From Hyphomicrobiaceae bacterium (GTDB taxonomy: Bacteria; Pseudomonadota; Alphaproteobacteria; Rhizobiales; Hyphomicrobiaceae): DNA of 62,010 nucleotides. Location of the stretch: contig JANNRP010000387.1 in NCBI GenBank assembly GCA_031401535.1, positions 1 through 62,010 of the forward strand, written 5' to 3'. Positions 26,979-37,168 of this stretch are shown here, piece by piece (position 1 is the stretch's first letter; every line of letters starts with the position of its first letter). Under the pieces are notes generated by a model. That model made no database searches. It was not told the origin of the DNA and saw only the letters and a program-made list of their open reading frames with translations. The translations under genes were made by a program, and so were the position numbers.

Positions 26979-29072
26979 GTGGACAAAAGGGTGTCGGTTG
27001 TGTCGCGTGAACCGAATAATACTGGGTCTGCCACCGTCGACGAGTCGACGGAGCGGATGAACGCGGCCATTCTCCGGCTTCAGCAGCTACTGGATAACCC
27101 TGGGCCCGGTATCAAGGTTAGTCGTGTTGGCCAGCCCCCCTTGCAATCCATCGCCGACCCGCTGGAGCCAATGGCGCCGCTTGCAGCGACCGCCCTCCCA
27201 CCAGTGGCAACCGCGTCGCCTTCTGCTGCCAGTTCTACCAGCTTTGCCGCCCGCTTACGCAGCCTTGTCAGCGGCGACGTCAAGCCACCGTCGGCTGTCA
27301 CAGCGCCTGCAGCCAAGCTCGACATGTTGCCGGGCGAAAGCGAAATCCGCTCGGCCATCCGAGCGAGCAAGCGAGCATTCAAGGCGACTGGGCTCTACAG
27401 CCTCGTGATCAACATGCTGATGCTGGCTGGCCCGCTATTTATGCTCCAGGTCTACGACCGCGTCATGACCTCGGGCAGCATGCCGACTCTGGTGGCGCTG
27501 GCGCTCATGACCGCCGGCCTCTATGGCATCATTGGCGTGCTCGAACTGGTACGCAATCGCATCATCGTGCGCATCGGCGTCGAGGTTGACAGCCGCCTCG
27601 GCGACCGCATCTTTCAGGCCTCGCTACGGCGCAGTCTGCTCGGACCTGGATCATCACTGCAAGCACTGCGAGAACTCGATAGCCTCCGCCAGTTCCTTGC
27701 CGGCCCAGGCCCACTCACGTTCTTCGATGCACCATGGACGCCAATCTATCTGCTCGTCATTTGTTTGACCCACTGGACGCTCGGCATTGCCGCCATTCTG
27801 AGTTCGGTGCTGCTGATCATCATCGCATGGCTGAGCGAAAGCACCAGCCGCATGCCGCTGCAGAATGCCGGGAAGGCCGCCGCACGCAGCTTGGAACTGG
27901 CCGAGACCGGTCAGCGCAATGCTGAAGCGATCACCGCCATGGGTATGCTGAGCGCCTATCGTAGCCGCTGGCAGCAGGTCAACGGCGAGGCCCTGGCTTG
28001 GCAGATCGTCGCGTCCGACAGGCTCGGCACATTGTCATCGCTATCAAAAACAATGCGTCTGCTACTGCAGTCTTTGATGCTGGCAATCGGTGCCGCGCTG
28101 GCGATCAAAGGCGAGATTTCCGCTGGCTCGATTGTCGCGGCAACAATTATTTTCGGCCGTGCGCTGGCTCCCGTCGAACAGGCGATCGGCCATTGGCGCT
28201 CGTTCGTCAAGGCGCGCGAAAGCTATGCCAAGCTCGACGAATTGTTACGGCGCGAACCCGAGCCGCCGGTCAAGACCGCATTGCCGCCACCCAAAGGCCA
28301 CTTGGAGGTGACGGGTCTCCGGGTTGCTGCTCCCGATACGCGCACATTGATCCTGTCGAACTTAAACTTCGAAGTCACGCCCGGTCAGATGCTGGCAGTG
28401 ATCGGACCATCGGCATCGGGCAAATCGACGTTGGCGCGAACCCTGGTCGGTATCTGGCCACCGTTCGGAGGATCGATCAAACTCGACGGTGCCCGGCTCG
28501 ACCAATGGAACCAGGAAGATCTTGGCCAATACCTTGGCTACTTGCCGCAGGACGTCGAACTGTTTGCCGGCACCGTCAAGGAGAACATCTCCCGCTTCCG
28601 CGCCGATGCCGCAGATAGCAACGTGATCGAGGCCGCCCGCATGGCGCACGCACACGACATGATCCTGGCGCTGCCGCATGGCTACGATACCCAGCTCGGC
28701 AACTACGGCACGTATCTGTCGGCCGGCCAACGCCAACGCATCGGTCTTGCCCGCGCCCTTTATGGCGACCCAGCGCTCGTGGTGCTCGATGAGCCCAACT
28801 CCAATCTTGATCGCCTCGGTGACGAGGCCTTGGCGTCCGCGATCGACGGTATGCGCTTGCGCGGGCAAGCGGTTGTACTAGTGTCACATCGCGTTCAGGC
28901 GATCGGCAAGGCAGACACGCTGCTCTATCTCGACCGCGGCGTGCAGCGGGCCTTTGGGCCGCGCAACGAAGTCATGAAGATGTTCCAAGGCCAAAGCGTC
29001 GGCGGCTCGCCGCAGCCCAGACCTGACGTCGCGGCTGGCAGACCCTCGCTCGCAACAGCCATCGGCGCCTGA
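26979..29072 (+). CDS. Type I secretion system permease/ATPase (PrtD/PrsD family) with an Ala/Pro/Ser-rich N-terminal extension
   Basis: Six-TM ABC exporter domain. Walker A GPSASGKST, signature LSAGQRQR, Walker B LVVLDEP. The start is uncertain (GTG 26979 or ATG 27058). Confidence 0.9.
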   Translation: MDKRVSVVSREPNNTGSATVDESTERMNAAILRLQQLLDNPGPGIKVSRVGQPPLQSIADPLEPMAPLAATALPPVATASPSAASSTSFAARLRSLVSGDVKPPSAVTAPAAKLDMLPGESEIRSAIRASKRAFKATGLYSLVINMLMLAGPLFMLQVYDRVMTSGSMPTLVALALMTAGLYGIIGVLELVRNRIIVRIGVEVDSRLGDRIFQASLRRSLLGPGSSLQALRELDSLRQFLAGPGPLTFFDAPWTPIYLLVICLTHWTLGIAAILSSVLLIIIAWLSESTSRMPLQNAGKAAARSLELAETGQRNAEAITAMGMLSAYRSRWQQVNGEALAWQIVASDRLGTLSSLSKTMRLLLQSLMLAIGAALAIKGEISAGSIVAATIIFGRALAPVEQAIGHWRSFVKARESYAKLDELLRREPEPPVKTALPPPKGHLEVTGLRVAAPDTRTLILSNLNFEVTPGQMLAVIGPSASGKSTLARTLVGIWPPFGGSIKLDGARLDQWNQEDLGQYLGYLPQDVELFAGTVKENISRFRADAADSNVIEAARMAHAHDMILALPHGYDTQLGNYGTYLSAGQRQRIGLARALYGDPALVVLDEPNSNLDRLGDEALASAIDGMRLRGQAVVLVSHRVQAIGKADTLLYLDRGVQRAFGPRNEVMKMFQGQSVGGSPQPRPDVAAGRPSLATAIGA

Positions 29073-29102
29073 TCGCCAATTCTGAAAGATCGAGACCCGC
29101 CC

Positions 29103-30446
29103 TTGTCGAAGTCCCTCACATTACCCCAGTCGCTCAGCTCAGCGGTCGCCAGTCCGGCGAACTGGCACTCAACGGATCCGTGGATCCGCACAGGCAACCG
29201 TGCCGTGTTCGGGTTGCTCGGCGGCCTTGTGCTGTTTACGTCGCTTGTATCGATCAATGGCGCTGTAGTGGCGACCGGCACCGTCACGGTTGAAAGCAAC
29301 TACAAGAGCGTGCAGCACCTCGATGGTGGCATCGTCTCGAAAATTCTCGTGCGCAACGGCGATCGGGTTGGGCAAGGTGACGTCCTGATCCGGCTCGACG
29401 ATACCGCCGCCAAGGCAGCGCTGACCGTGGTCCAAGGCCGCGTCAACGAGCAACTGGTGCAGCAGGCCCGTCTCGAGGCCGAACGTGACCGGCAGTCCAA
29501 GTTGCAGTTGCCAAAGCGCGTGCTAGCACTTGCCAACGAACCCGGCCTCGCTAAAATCATCACGACACAGCTATCGCTGTTCGAAGCACGCCGCAGCGCC
29601 CATGACGGCGAGTTATCGGTGCTGCGCCAGCGGCTCGGCCAACTCAAGTCCGACATCGGCGGCGTCGAGGCACAGTTTACCGCCCGCCAGCGGGAGTTCG
29701 ACCTGACCACGCAAGAACTTGCCAACGTCAAACCGCTGTTCGAGAAGGGGTTCGCCAATCAGCAGCGCTATGGTGGTTTGCAGCGTGATTCCGCCCGCCT
29801 CGAAGGCGAGGTCGGCCGCCTGACCAGCGATCTGCAGCGCGGCAAGGGCGCGATCGCAGAGGCCGAGTTGAAGGTACTGCAAAGCGAGAAGGATTATACG
29901 CAGAGCGTCGTCGACGAGTTGAAAAAAGTGCAGGCGACGCTCGCCGAGCAGGAAGAAAACCAAACGACACTAGCCGACAAGCTTGCGCGCACCGAAATCC
30001 GCAGCCCCCGTAGCGGCCGCGTGCACGCGCTTAATGCCCATACCGAGGGTGGCGTCATCCAGCCGGCGAATACAATTCTGCAGATCATCCCCGAGGGCGA
30101 GAAACTCATCGTTGAAGCGCAATTGCCACCGCAGGATATCGACAAGGTTCGTCGGGATATGACCGCGAGCGTCCGGTTCCCCGCGTTCGACGCCAAATCG
30201 ACACCACGCCTCGACGGCCGCGTGCTTAGCACCAGCGCCGCGCAACTAACTGACAATCAGGGCAAGACTTACTTCACGGCTCAAGTCGAGATATCTGTCC
30301 AGGAATTGAAGAAGCTCGGCCGCGGCCACGAACTCAAACCTGGCATGCCAGCCGAGGTCTACATCGAGACCGGCTCGCGCTCGATCCTTAGCTACTTCCT
30401 CAAACCGCTCGGCGACCTCACGACACGTGCATTCCGGGAGAGCTGA
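29103..30446 (+). CDS. HlyD-family type I secretion periplasmic adaptor
   Basis: N-terminal TM anchor, long coiled-coil region and a C-terminal barrel. It sits immediately downstream of the T1SS ABC gene. Confidence 0.9.
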   Translation: MSKSLTLPQSLSSAVASPANWHSTDPWIRTGNRAVFGLLGGLVLFTSLVSINGAVVATGTVTVESNYKSVQHLDGGIVSKILVRNGDRVGQGDVLIRLDDTAAKAALTVVQGRVNEQLVQQARLEAERDRQSKLQLPKRVLALANEPGLAKIITTQLSLFEARRSAHDGELSVLRQRLGQLKSDIGGVEAQFTARQREFDLTTQELANVKPLFEKGFANQQRYGGLQRDSARLEGEVGRLTSDLQRGKGAIAEAELKVLQSEKDYTQSVVDELKKVQATLAEQEENQTTLADKLARTEIRSPRSGRVHALNAHTEGGVIQPANTILQIIPEGEKLIVEAQLPPQDIDKVRRDMTASVRFPAFDAKSTPRLDGRVLSTSAAQLTDNQGKTYFTAQVEISVQELKKLGRGHELKPGMPAEVYIETGSRSILSYFLKPLGDLTTRAFRES

Positions 30447-30462
30447 ACGGCGCAGCCGTCAA

Positions 30463-32058
30463 CTAATGTGCGTTGCGGTATGCCGCCGGTGAAACGACCG
30501 TCAAACCCATGATGTAGATATCGAGCCACAGCGACCAGTTATCGATGTAGTACAAATCGTACTCGACCCGCGCCTGCATCTTGGCATCGGTATCGGTTTC
30601 ACCACGGAAGCCGTGCACCTGGGCCCAACCGGTGATGCCGGGCTTCACATTGAGCCGACGCGGATACCTGCCAATACGCTTTTCGAACAACCGATCATGT
30701 GCCACGGCGTGCGGGCGCGGACCAACAAGCGACATTTCTCCACGCAACACGTTGATCAACTGCGGTAGCTCATCAAGATTGTAGCGCCGCAAGTACTGTC
30801 CGACCCTGGTCACGCGCGGGTCATTGTGCTGCGCCTGACTGATGTTAGCGCCATCGTCCATGACGGACATGCTGCGGAACTTGTAGATAAGAAATTCGCG
30901 CTGATTAAAGCCAAGGCGTCGTTGCCGGAAGAATACCGGACCGGGACTATCGAGTTTGATCAGTATCGCAATGGCGGTAAACGCAATCCAAAGTCCCAAC
31001 AGCGCGCAGCCAGCCACCACAAAATCAAACGAACGTTTAGCCAGTGTTTGCAACGGGCCAAGGGGCGCTTCGGTCAAGGCAAGAGCCGCCACCGGCCCAA
31101 TCCGACCAATGCTGATCCCGTTGAAGCGCTCCGCGAGCCGACCGGCATCCAAATGTATAGACACGGGCAACATGGAGAACGCAGCGACACAGTGATCGAC
31201 GAATGCAACATTGTTCAAGTCAGTCAGCAAAACGATGCAATCAATCTCATGGGCCCGTGCGCTGACCGCTGCCCTGTCCAAAATATCGCTAAGTAACGGT
31301 TCGGTACTTGCACCGACTGCCGCAATGACCGAGGCCGGAATTGCGACGACAGAGGCCACCTCAGCCGTGGACTGATTGGCAGTTGCTGCCAGAGTGAACC
31401 GCTGAATTTCCTCGGGCAATCCGATCAACATCAAACGGCGCCGTGAAATTCGACCACCGGCAAGCGCAGAGCCGACCATCCGGCGCAAACCGATCTCCAA
31501 TACCGGCATCGCGCCCACGCCGCTCGCATAAAACAACAGCAACCAACCACGCGAGAACGTTGCGGTCGTTTTGGTCAGGAACGCGACAATAGCAAGTGCG
31601 ACGAAGGCGTAACTCCAGGTCATAATGAGACGTGTAATGGGTGGCCGATTGTCGAGAAAGCGATCAACGCGGAATTCACCGCGGAACGCGAACGGCAGTA
31701 AATAGAGGAAGGCAACGAGTGCACCGATGGCGACGAACCGCCGAACCAGCCAGACGTTCTCCGTTCCAAAATTTTCATAGACCACGGCGTGATAGACGAC
31801 ACCGGATGATACCGATAGCGACACAATAACCAGTGCGATCAACGCTCCAGCAGCAAGTGGAAAGCCAATGGGCCCCAGTACCCAGCGTTGAGTGCGGCGC
31901 ACGCCATGATCGCCACTTGCGGACTGTTCCGGCGCTACGCCATGTCCGACAATCCGTTGCACGCCACTCACAACATTCACCCTGACTAGCTCGATAAACT
32001 CGACAGCGACTTTTCTGCCGGTGCAGACCTGATGCCAACTCGTTCCTGGCTCGCTCAC
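30463..32058 (-). CDS. Polyprenyl-phosphate hexose-1-phosphate transferase (WbaP/ExoY-type initiating sugar transferase)
   Basis: N-terminal TM helices. The C-terminal bacterial sugar transferase domain reads PVFFRQRRLGFNQREFLIYKFRSM...DELPQLINVLRGEMSLVGPRP. Confidence 0.9.
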   Translation of the reverse strand: MSEPGTSWHQVCTGRKVAVEFIELVRVNVVSGVQRIVGHGVAPEQSASGDHGVRRTQRWVLGPIGFPLAAGALIALVIVSLSVSSGVVYHAVVYENFGTENVWLVRRFVAIGALVAFLYLLPFAFRGEFRVDRFLDNRPPITRLIMTWSYAFVALAIVAFLTKTTATFSRGWLLLFYASGVGAMPVLEIGLRRMVGSALAGGRISRRRLMLIGLPEEIQRFTLAATANQSTAEVASVVAIPASVIAAVGASTEPLLSDILDRAAVSARAHEIDCIVLLTDLNNVAFVDHCVAAFSMLPVSIHLDAGRLAERFNGISIGRIGPVAALALTEAPLGPLQTLAKRSFDFVVAGCALLGLWIAFTAIAILIKLDSPGPVFFRQRRLGFNQREFLIYKFRSMSVMDDGANISQAQHNDPRVTRVGQYLRRYNLDELPQLINVLRGEMSLVGPRPHAVAHDRLFEKRIGRYPRRLNVKPGITGWAQVHGFRGETDTDAKMQARVEYDLYYIDNWSLWLDIYIMGLTVVSPAAYRNAH

Positions 32059-32210
32059 AACCCGGCACGATTCTGGCAGATACCCTCAGCACGCAACACG
32101 CCGGGCGCCGATCTCAAGACTAAGCCGACACTTATGACTTAGCCGAACGTCACTGCGCCCTATTGGAAAAGGTTGCGAAGTCGTTAAAATAACCATGCTC
32201 GTTTAGCAAC

Positions 32211-33071
32211 GTGCAAAAACTGTCGTCAGGTCCAAACGTTATGCATCAGAGTTCGCGTTGCGTGTCACAAAACCGGCATAGAGCACAGCCCCTCGACACC
32301 GAACGTCTGGCTTCTATCGACGGTTGGTCCATCACTGTACCGACGCTCGAGGCGGCTGTAGCTGCGATCGCGATGCAAGCCCAAGAAGGCCGCAGCTTCA
32401 CAGCGTTCACCCTCAATCTCGATCATCTGGTGAAACTGCGCCGCGACGCACAATTTCGTGATGCGTACCACACCGCATCCCTGGTGACGGCTGATGGAGC
32501 GCCCATCGTCTGGTTGTCCCGTCTCCAGGGCGCTGAGGTATCACGCGCTACCGGCGCTGATCTCGTCGTTCCGCTGATGGCAGAGGCCGCTCGCCGCCGC
32601 TTGCCCGTATACATGTTTGGAACAACCGGCGCAGTGCTGGCCAAAGTCGGCCAGCAATTGGTCGAGCGTACCAACGGCGCGCTCGATATCGTCGGCACTG
32701 ATGCCCCCGCCCATGGCTTCGATCCAATCGGCCCTGAGGCCGATGCGGCGATACAGCGCATCGCGGCATCCGGTGCACGGATTGCGCTCATTGCTCTAGG
32801 CGCGCCGAAGCAGGAGATTTTTGCTGCCCGCGCCCAAGCTCAGGGTGTGCAGTGCGGTTTTGTATGCATCGGCGCTGCTCTCGACTTCCTTGTCGGCGCT
32901 CAAATGCGTGCGCCCCGCATCATGCAGACCACCGGCACTGAATGGCTTTGGCGATTAGCGACCAATCCGCGGCGACTGGCAGCCAGATATGCTCGCTGCG
33001 CCATGGTGCTCGCCGATCTGGCGGTCGTCAAACCACTGCGGCACAGACTGGCCAGCGCTGATCCAACGTAG
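32211..33071 (+). CDS. WecB/TagA/CpsF-family (GT26) glycosyltransferase
   Basis: LVTADGAPIVW, GADLV, GAPKQE and LQTTGTEWLWRL motifs. The start is uncertain (GTG 32211 or ATG 32241). Confidence 0.85.
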   Translation: MQKLSSGPNVMHQSSRCVSQNRHRAQPLDTERLASIDGWSITVPTLEAAVAAIAMQAQEGRSFTAFTLNLDHLVKLRRDAQFRDAYHTASLVTADGAPIVWLSRLQGAEVSRATGADLVVPLMAEAARRRLPVYMFGTTGAVLAKVGQQLVERTNGALDIVGTDAPAHGFDPIGPEADAAIQRIAASGARIALIALGAPKQEIFAARAQAQGVQCGFVCIGAALDFLVGAQMRAPRIMQTTGTEWLWRLATNPRRLAARYARCAMVLADLAVVKPLRHRLASADPT

Positions 33072-33188
33072 ACCAAAGCTAGATAGTGACCTCCCGGTAA
33101 CGACTGCTCTCGTATTAACTTGCGCGCAACATCAAGTCAGACCACCACAACGCCGGGCTTGTATCCGCTGGGTCCAGTCCGTTAACGA

Positions 33189-33566
33189 ATGCGAGCACCC
33201 GTGACCCGCTATATTCCTCTGATATTGTTTACCGTGCTCACCAATGCAGCGGCCCAGATCATGCTCAAGAAGGGCATGTTGAGCCTAGGACCGGTCACAC
33301 TCGACGCTGGCCTGATCACGACGGTGTTCCGCATCGTGCTCAATCCATGGGTGTTTTTGGGACTCGTAACCTTCGTCATCAGCATGGCCTCTCACCTTGT
33401 GGTATTGAGCCGTGTCGATCTCTCGTTCGCCTATCCGTTCCTCAGCCTCGCCTATGTCGTCGTCGCAATTTACGCCTACTACGTCTTCAAAGAGGACGTG
33501 AACAGCTTGCGCATTGCTGGCATCGGTTTGATCTGCCTCGGCGCCATCCTCATTTCCCGATCCTGA
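33189..33566 (+). CDS. Small four-helix EamA/SMR-like membrane protein (ArnE/ArnF-like)
   Basis: 125 aa with four predicted TM helices. It leads a tightly spaced operon with the epimerase and aminotransferase. Confidence 0.65.
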   Translation: MRAPVTRYIPLILFTVLTNAAAQIMLKKGMLSLGPVTLDAGLITTVFRIVLNPWVFLGLVTFVISMASHLVVLSRVDLSFAYPFLSLAYVVVAIYAYYVFKEDVNSLRIAGIGLICLGAILISRS

Positions 33567-33583
33567 ACCAGTAGAGAACAGCG

Positions 33584-34594
33584 ATGCGTCATATCATCAT
33601 CGGCGGCGATGGCTTCGTCGGACACATATTGGCAGCCGACCTGCACAAGGCCGGTGAGCAGGTGGTGGTGGCCGACATCACCAAAAGCGATCACGAGGTC
33701 TACACCCACATCCCTTTTATCCATCTAGATGTGACCAACCCCTTATCGTTTGCAGCCCTGCCACTTAACCCCGACGACATGGTCTACAATCTGTCTGCGA
33801 AGATGTTGTCGCCGATCATGCCGAAGGCCAAGCGCTACGACTTCTTCTATCCCGTGAACTATTACGGCACGAAGCATATCCTGGAGTGGATGGAGGCAGC
33901 GAGCGCCCGCCGCCTCGTGCACTATACGACCGACATGGTCTACGGTCATTCGAAGGTGACACCGCAAACAGAGGATCACCCAACCACCCCGCTAGGCCAC
34001 TACGGCCAGAGCAAGCTCGATACTGAGGCATTGGCGGACGACTATCGCGCCAAAGGCTTCAGTATAACGATCTTCCGACCGCGACTGATCATTGGCCCGG
34101 GCCGTCTCGGCATATTGTCGAAACTTTTCAAGTTGATTGATGCCAACTTGCCAGTGCCGATGATCGGCTCTGGCCGCAACCCCTACCAGTTTGTCTCAGT
34201 GTTCGATTGTGCATCAGCAGCCGAGCTCGCCTGGCGGGCGGGCGTGCCGAACGAGGCCTATAATCTCGGCTCAGATAATCCGCCGCCCGTGCGCACACTA
34301 CTTGGGCGTCTCATCAAGGAGGCGGGCAGTCGCTCCATTCTGGTGCCAACACCGGGATTTTTGGTGAAGATGGCGCTCAACGCACTCGACGCTGTCAACA
34401 TGCCGTTAATGGACCCCGAGCAATATCTGATCGCCGACGAGGAATGCCTACTCGACTGCTCGAAAGCAAAACGTGAGATCGGCTGGCAACCTCAGTTCCG
34501 CGATGATGACATGCTGATCGCCGCCTATCAGGAATATCGCGCTGGCCGCACCAGTGAAGCACGACCACATGGCGGCAAGGCCCAACCCGTCTGA
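33584..34594 (+). CDS. NAD-dependent epimerase/dehydratase family protein
   Basis: IIIGGDGFVGH Rossmann motif and YGQSK catalytic Tyr/Lys. Confidence 0.85.
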   Translation: MRHIIIGGDGFVGHILAADLHKAGEQVVVADITKSDHEVYTHIPFIHLDVTNPLSFAALPLNPDDMVYNLSAKMLSPIMPKAKRYDFFYPVNYYGTKHILEWMEAASARRLVHYTTDMVYGHSKVTPQTEDHPTTPLGHYGQSKLDTEALADDYRAKGFSITIFRPRLIIGPGRLGILSKLFKLIDANLPVPMIGSGRNPYQFVSVFDCASAAELAWRAGVPNEAYNLGSDNPPPVRTLLGRLIKEAGSRSILVPTPGFLVKMALNALDAVNMPLMDPEQYLIADEECLLDCSKAKREIGWQPQFRDDDMLIAAYQEYRAGRTSEARPHGGKAQPV

Positions 34595-34609
34595 ACAAAG
34601 AGCACGTCC

Positions 34610-36088
34610 ATGAACACGCAGCCTATGATCGCCGTCCCCCTGGATGCTCCAGCACCTGAGACGTCGGTGCCGTTGAAGCGCAATCGTTTGCCCAAGCCCG
34701 ACCTGATCGGCGCCGAACAAGCAAAGGATCTGTCGCAGGATCGAATTACCGATCTCTTCTCGGCGCATTTGAACCCTGGTCAACTGCACTTCATGAAGCT
34801 GCTCGGTTTTCACAAGGTCATCATCGACCGTGCCGAAGGCATGCACTACATCACGCGCGACGGTCGCCGCATCCTCGACTTCTTCGGTGGCTTCGGATCG
34901 CTCGCCTTCGGCCACAACCATCCGCGCATCATCGCCACGCGCAAGAAATTCCAGGACGAGAACCGCCACGAAATTGCGATGGCGTTCCTGTCGCAGTACG
35001 CATCGGCGCTGGCGCACAACTTGGCCAAGGTGTCGCCCGGCGATCTCGACATGGTGTTCCTCGGCTCATCCGGTTCGGAAGCCATGGAAGCCGCACTGAA
35101 GGTTTGCGAGCAGGCACAAGGTCCGGAGCGATCAAAAGTGCTCTATGCCGAAAACTCGTTCCACGGCAAAACCAAAGGAACGCTCGCCATCACTGATGGG
35201 CCGCTGTATCGCGCAGGCTTCGAGTTGTCGAAGCATAATGTCAAGGTGCCGTTCGGCGATATCGATGCGATCCGCCGCGCGTTGGAATCAGACAAGAGCA
35301 TAGGTATCGTCTGTCTCGAAACGATCCAGGGCGGCGGCGGCATTAACACCGCTCCCGTATCATTCTGGCAGGACCTGCGGGCGTTGTGCGACAAGCATAA
35401 GGTGTTGTGGATCGCTGACGAAGTGCAATGCGGGCTCGGTCGTTCGGGACGCTTTTATGCATTCGAGCACGCCGGCGTCGTGCCTGATGTCACCGCACTG
35501 GCCAAATCGCTCGGCGGCGGCAAGTGCGCCATGGCGGCAATGATCGCCAGGCGCGAGGTTTACATGAAGGCCTACGGCACGCCGAAGACGGCGCTGATCC
35601 ATGGCCCGGCAACCTTCGGCGGCATCGGCGAGGGTTGCATTACGTCGATCGAAGCGCTGAACATCCTGTACGATGAGGGCTTGATCGACAATGCCGCTGA
35701 GCAGGGCGATTATCTGATCGCCCGCCTCAAGGCGCTGCAGGCGAAGTACCCCAAGCTTATCAAAGATGTGCGCGGTCAAGGCTTGATGGTGGGCCTGGAG
35801 TTTCAGGATTTCTCGGCAACGTTGCCGTTCATGCTCAAGCAGGCCGTGTCGGTACTGGACGACAAGTTGAAGGGCTCGCTCTCCGGATTCATCGGCTCAA
35901 TCCTGCTGCGCGATTATAACGTACTGGTAGCGTTTACGGAGTATAATCGTAATGTGATCCGACTCGAGCCCCCGCTGATTTGCAGCGCTATCGACGTCGA
36001 TACTTTCGTCACAGCGATGGACGACCTTCTGTCGCGTGGCATCGTCCGCATCGTGACGGACTTCCTTACGAACTACGCCAAGAAGTAA
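34610..36088 (+). CDS. Class III (omega-type) PLP-dependent aminotransferase
   Basis: GSGSEAMEAALK, DEVQCGLGRSG and LAKSLGGG (PLP-Lys) motifs, with an N-terminal extension of ~60 aa. Confidence 0.85.
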   Translation: MNTQPMIAVPLDAPAPETSVPLKRNRLPKPDLIGAEQAKDLSQDRITDLFSAHLNPGQLHFMKLLGFHKVIIDRAEGMHYITRDGRRILDFFGGFGSLAFGHNHPRIIATRKKFQDENRHEIAMAFLSQYASALAHNLAKVSPGDLDMVFLGSSGSEAMEAALKVCEQAQGPERSKVLYAENSFHGKTKGTLAITDGPLYRAGFELSKHNVKVPFGDIDAIRRALESDKSIGIVCLETIQGGGGINTAPVSFWQDLRALCDKHKVLWIADEVQCGLGRSGRFYAFEHAGVVPDVTALAKSLGGGKCAMAAMIARREVYMKAYGTPKTALIHGPATFGGIGEGCITSIEALNILYDEGLIDNAAEQGDYLIARLKALQAKYPKLIKDVRGQGLMVGLEFQDFSATLPFMLKQAVSVLDDKLKGSLSGFIGSILLRDYNVLVAFTEYNRNVIRLEPPLICSAIDVDTFVTAMDDLLSRGIVRIVTDFLTNYAKK

Positions 36089-36113
36089 CCCCCACCATCA
36101 ACAGTGGCGGGGG
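36089..36113. terminator. GC-rich hairpin between convergent genes (possible bidirectional terminator)
   Basis: CCCCCACC-loop-GGTGGCGGGGG lies directly after the aminotransferase stop. There is no clean U-tract. Confidence 0.35.
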
Positions 36114-36181
36114 CACGAGGTGGATAAAAACCAAGCGATGCGAGGACCGAGTTTGGCACGCATCGTTCGATTAAATCGATC

Positions 36182-37168
36182 TCAATTGGCTCGACGCGTG
36201 AGCGAGATCGCGTAAGCCGGTTGGCGCGGCAGGAACATCGGATCGTCCTTTGGCCCGGCAATTCCGTCGGCGAGATTGGTCGGATCGAAGATACCAGCGT
36301 CGCAACGCTCGTTTTTTTCAACCGCCGTGATGGTGATCGTTCCCAACTTCACCGTCCGGCGCTTATCTTCATCCTGCCACATCATCGTGGGATAGCTGGT
36401 GGGATCACCCGCCTCGCCGAGCATGGCTATCACATCGAAGCCGGACGGCATCTTTTTCTCAACACGCTCGCTCAACTCCGCCACGAGAAATTCAGCAGGC
36501 TTGGCCTTGGCCTCGTCATCGGTAAGCCCGACCTCGCCAGCAGTCGGCATCAGTTTGAATTTGACCAATTGAGCATTGCCCGCCGCATTCGTCAGCGTGT
36601 AGGCGTGGATGCCCCAGTAGCTGACGCCGACATAGCTGGCAGGAACGGGTTTGCTGGCGAGCCACTGCCCCTGTTTGGTCGTCTCCGGATTGGCTGCTGC
36701 AAACGCCTTGATCTTCTCGGGGTCCATCTTGCCGTCTGCACCCGGAAACCGGGCTTCCAGAAAACCAAACATTTGGGCCGGCGTTTTGGCAAAGTTGACG
36801 GGTGCCGACACCATGACAAACTCCGTCGACCGCCGTCCATCGGGATCGAGTTTGAACGCGAAGCCGCGCACAGCAGCCTTGGCCGCATCTGAGATTTTGG
36901 GGTTTCCGCCTCCCATCGAAAAGCGGCCGAGGACCGGCACCGCCTTCTCAAAATTTACCGACTTTGTGAATTGCTTGGCTTCAGCCGACGGCATGAATGT
37001 GCCTGCCACGCATTGCCCCTTGGCGCCGCTAGCGCGGGCTTTATGCTTTCCTAAAACAGTACCTAGTGCATCGACAATCTTTTCCGGCTCGGCAGCCGGT
37101 GCTGTGGTGGTCCACGTCATAACGGCCACCGCAGTCGCAACAATGGTGGAGGTTGTAGCTGAGCGCAT
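36182..37168 (-). CDS. Catalase-related peroxidase (SrpA-like), secreted
   Basis: Signal peptide, then the catalase-core fragment KGQCVAGTF...PVLGRFS...RGFAFKL. The ATG at 37168 is preceded by GGAGA. Confidence 0.8.
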   Translation of the reverse strand: MRSATTSTIVATAVAVMTWTTTAPAAEPEKIVDALGTVLGKHKARASGAKGQCVAGTFMPSAEAKQFTKSVNFEKAVPVLGRFSMGGGNPKISDAAKAAVRGFAFKLDPDGRRSTEFVMVSAPVNFAKTPAQMFGFLEARFPGADGKMDPEKIKAFAAANPETTKQGQWLASKPVPASYVGVSYWGIHAYTLTNAAGNAQLVKFKLMPTAGEVGLTDDEAKAKPAEFLVAELSERVEKKMPSGFDVIAMLGEAGDPTSYPTMMWQDEDKRRTVKLGTITITAVEKNERCDAGIFDPTNLADGIAGPKDDPMFLPRQPAYAISLTRRAN

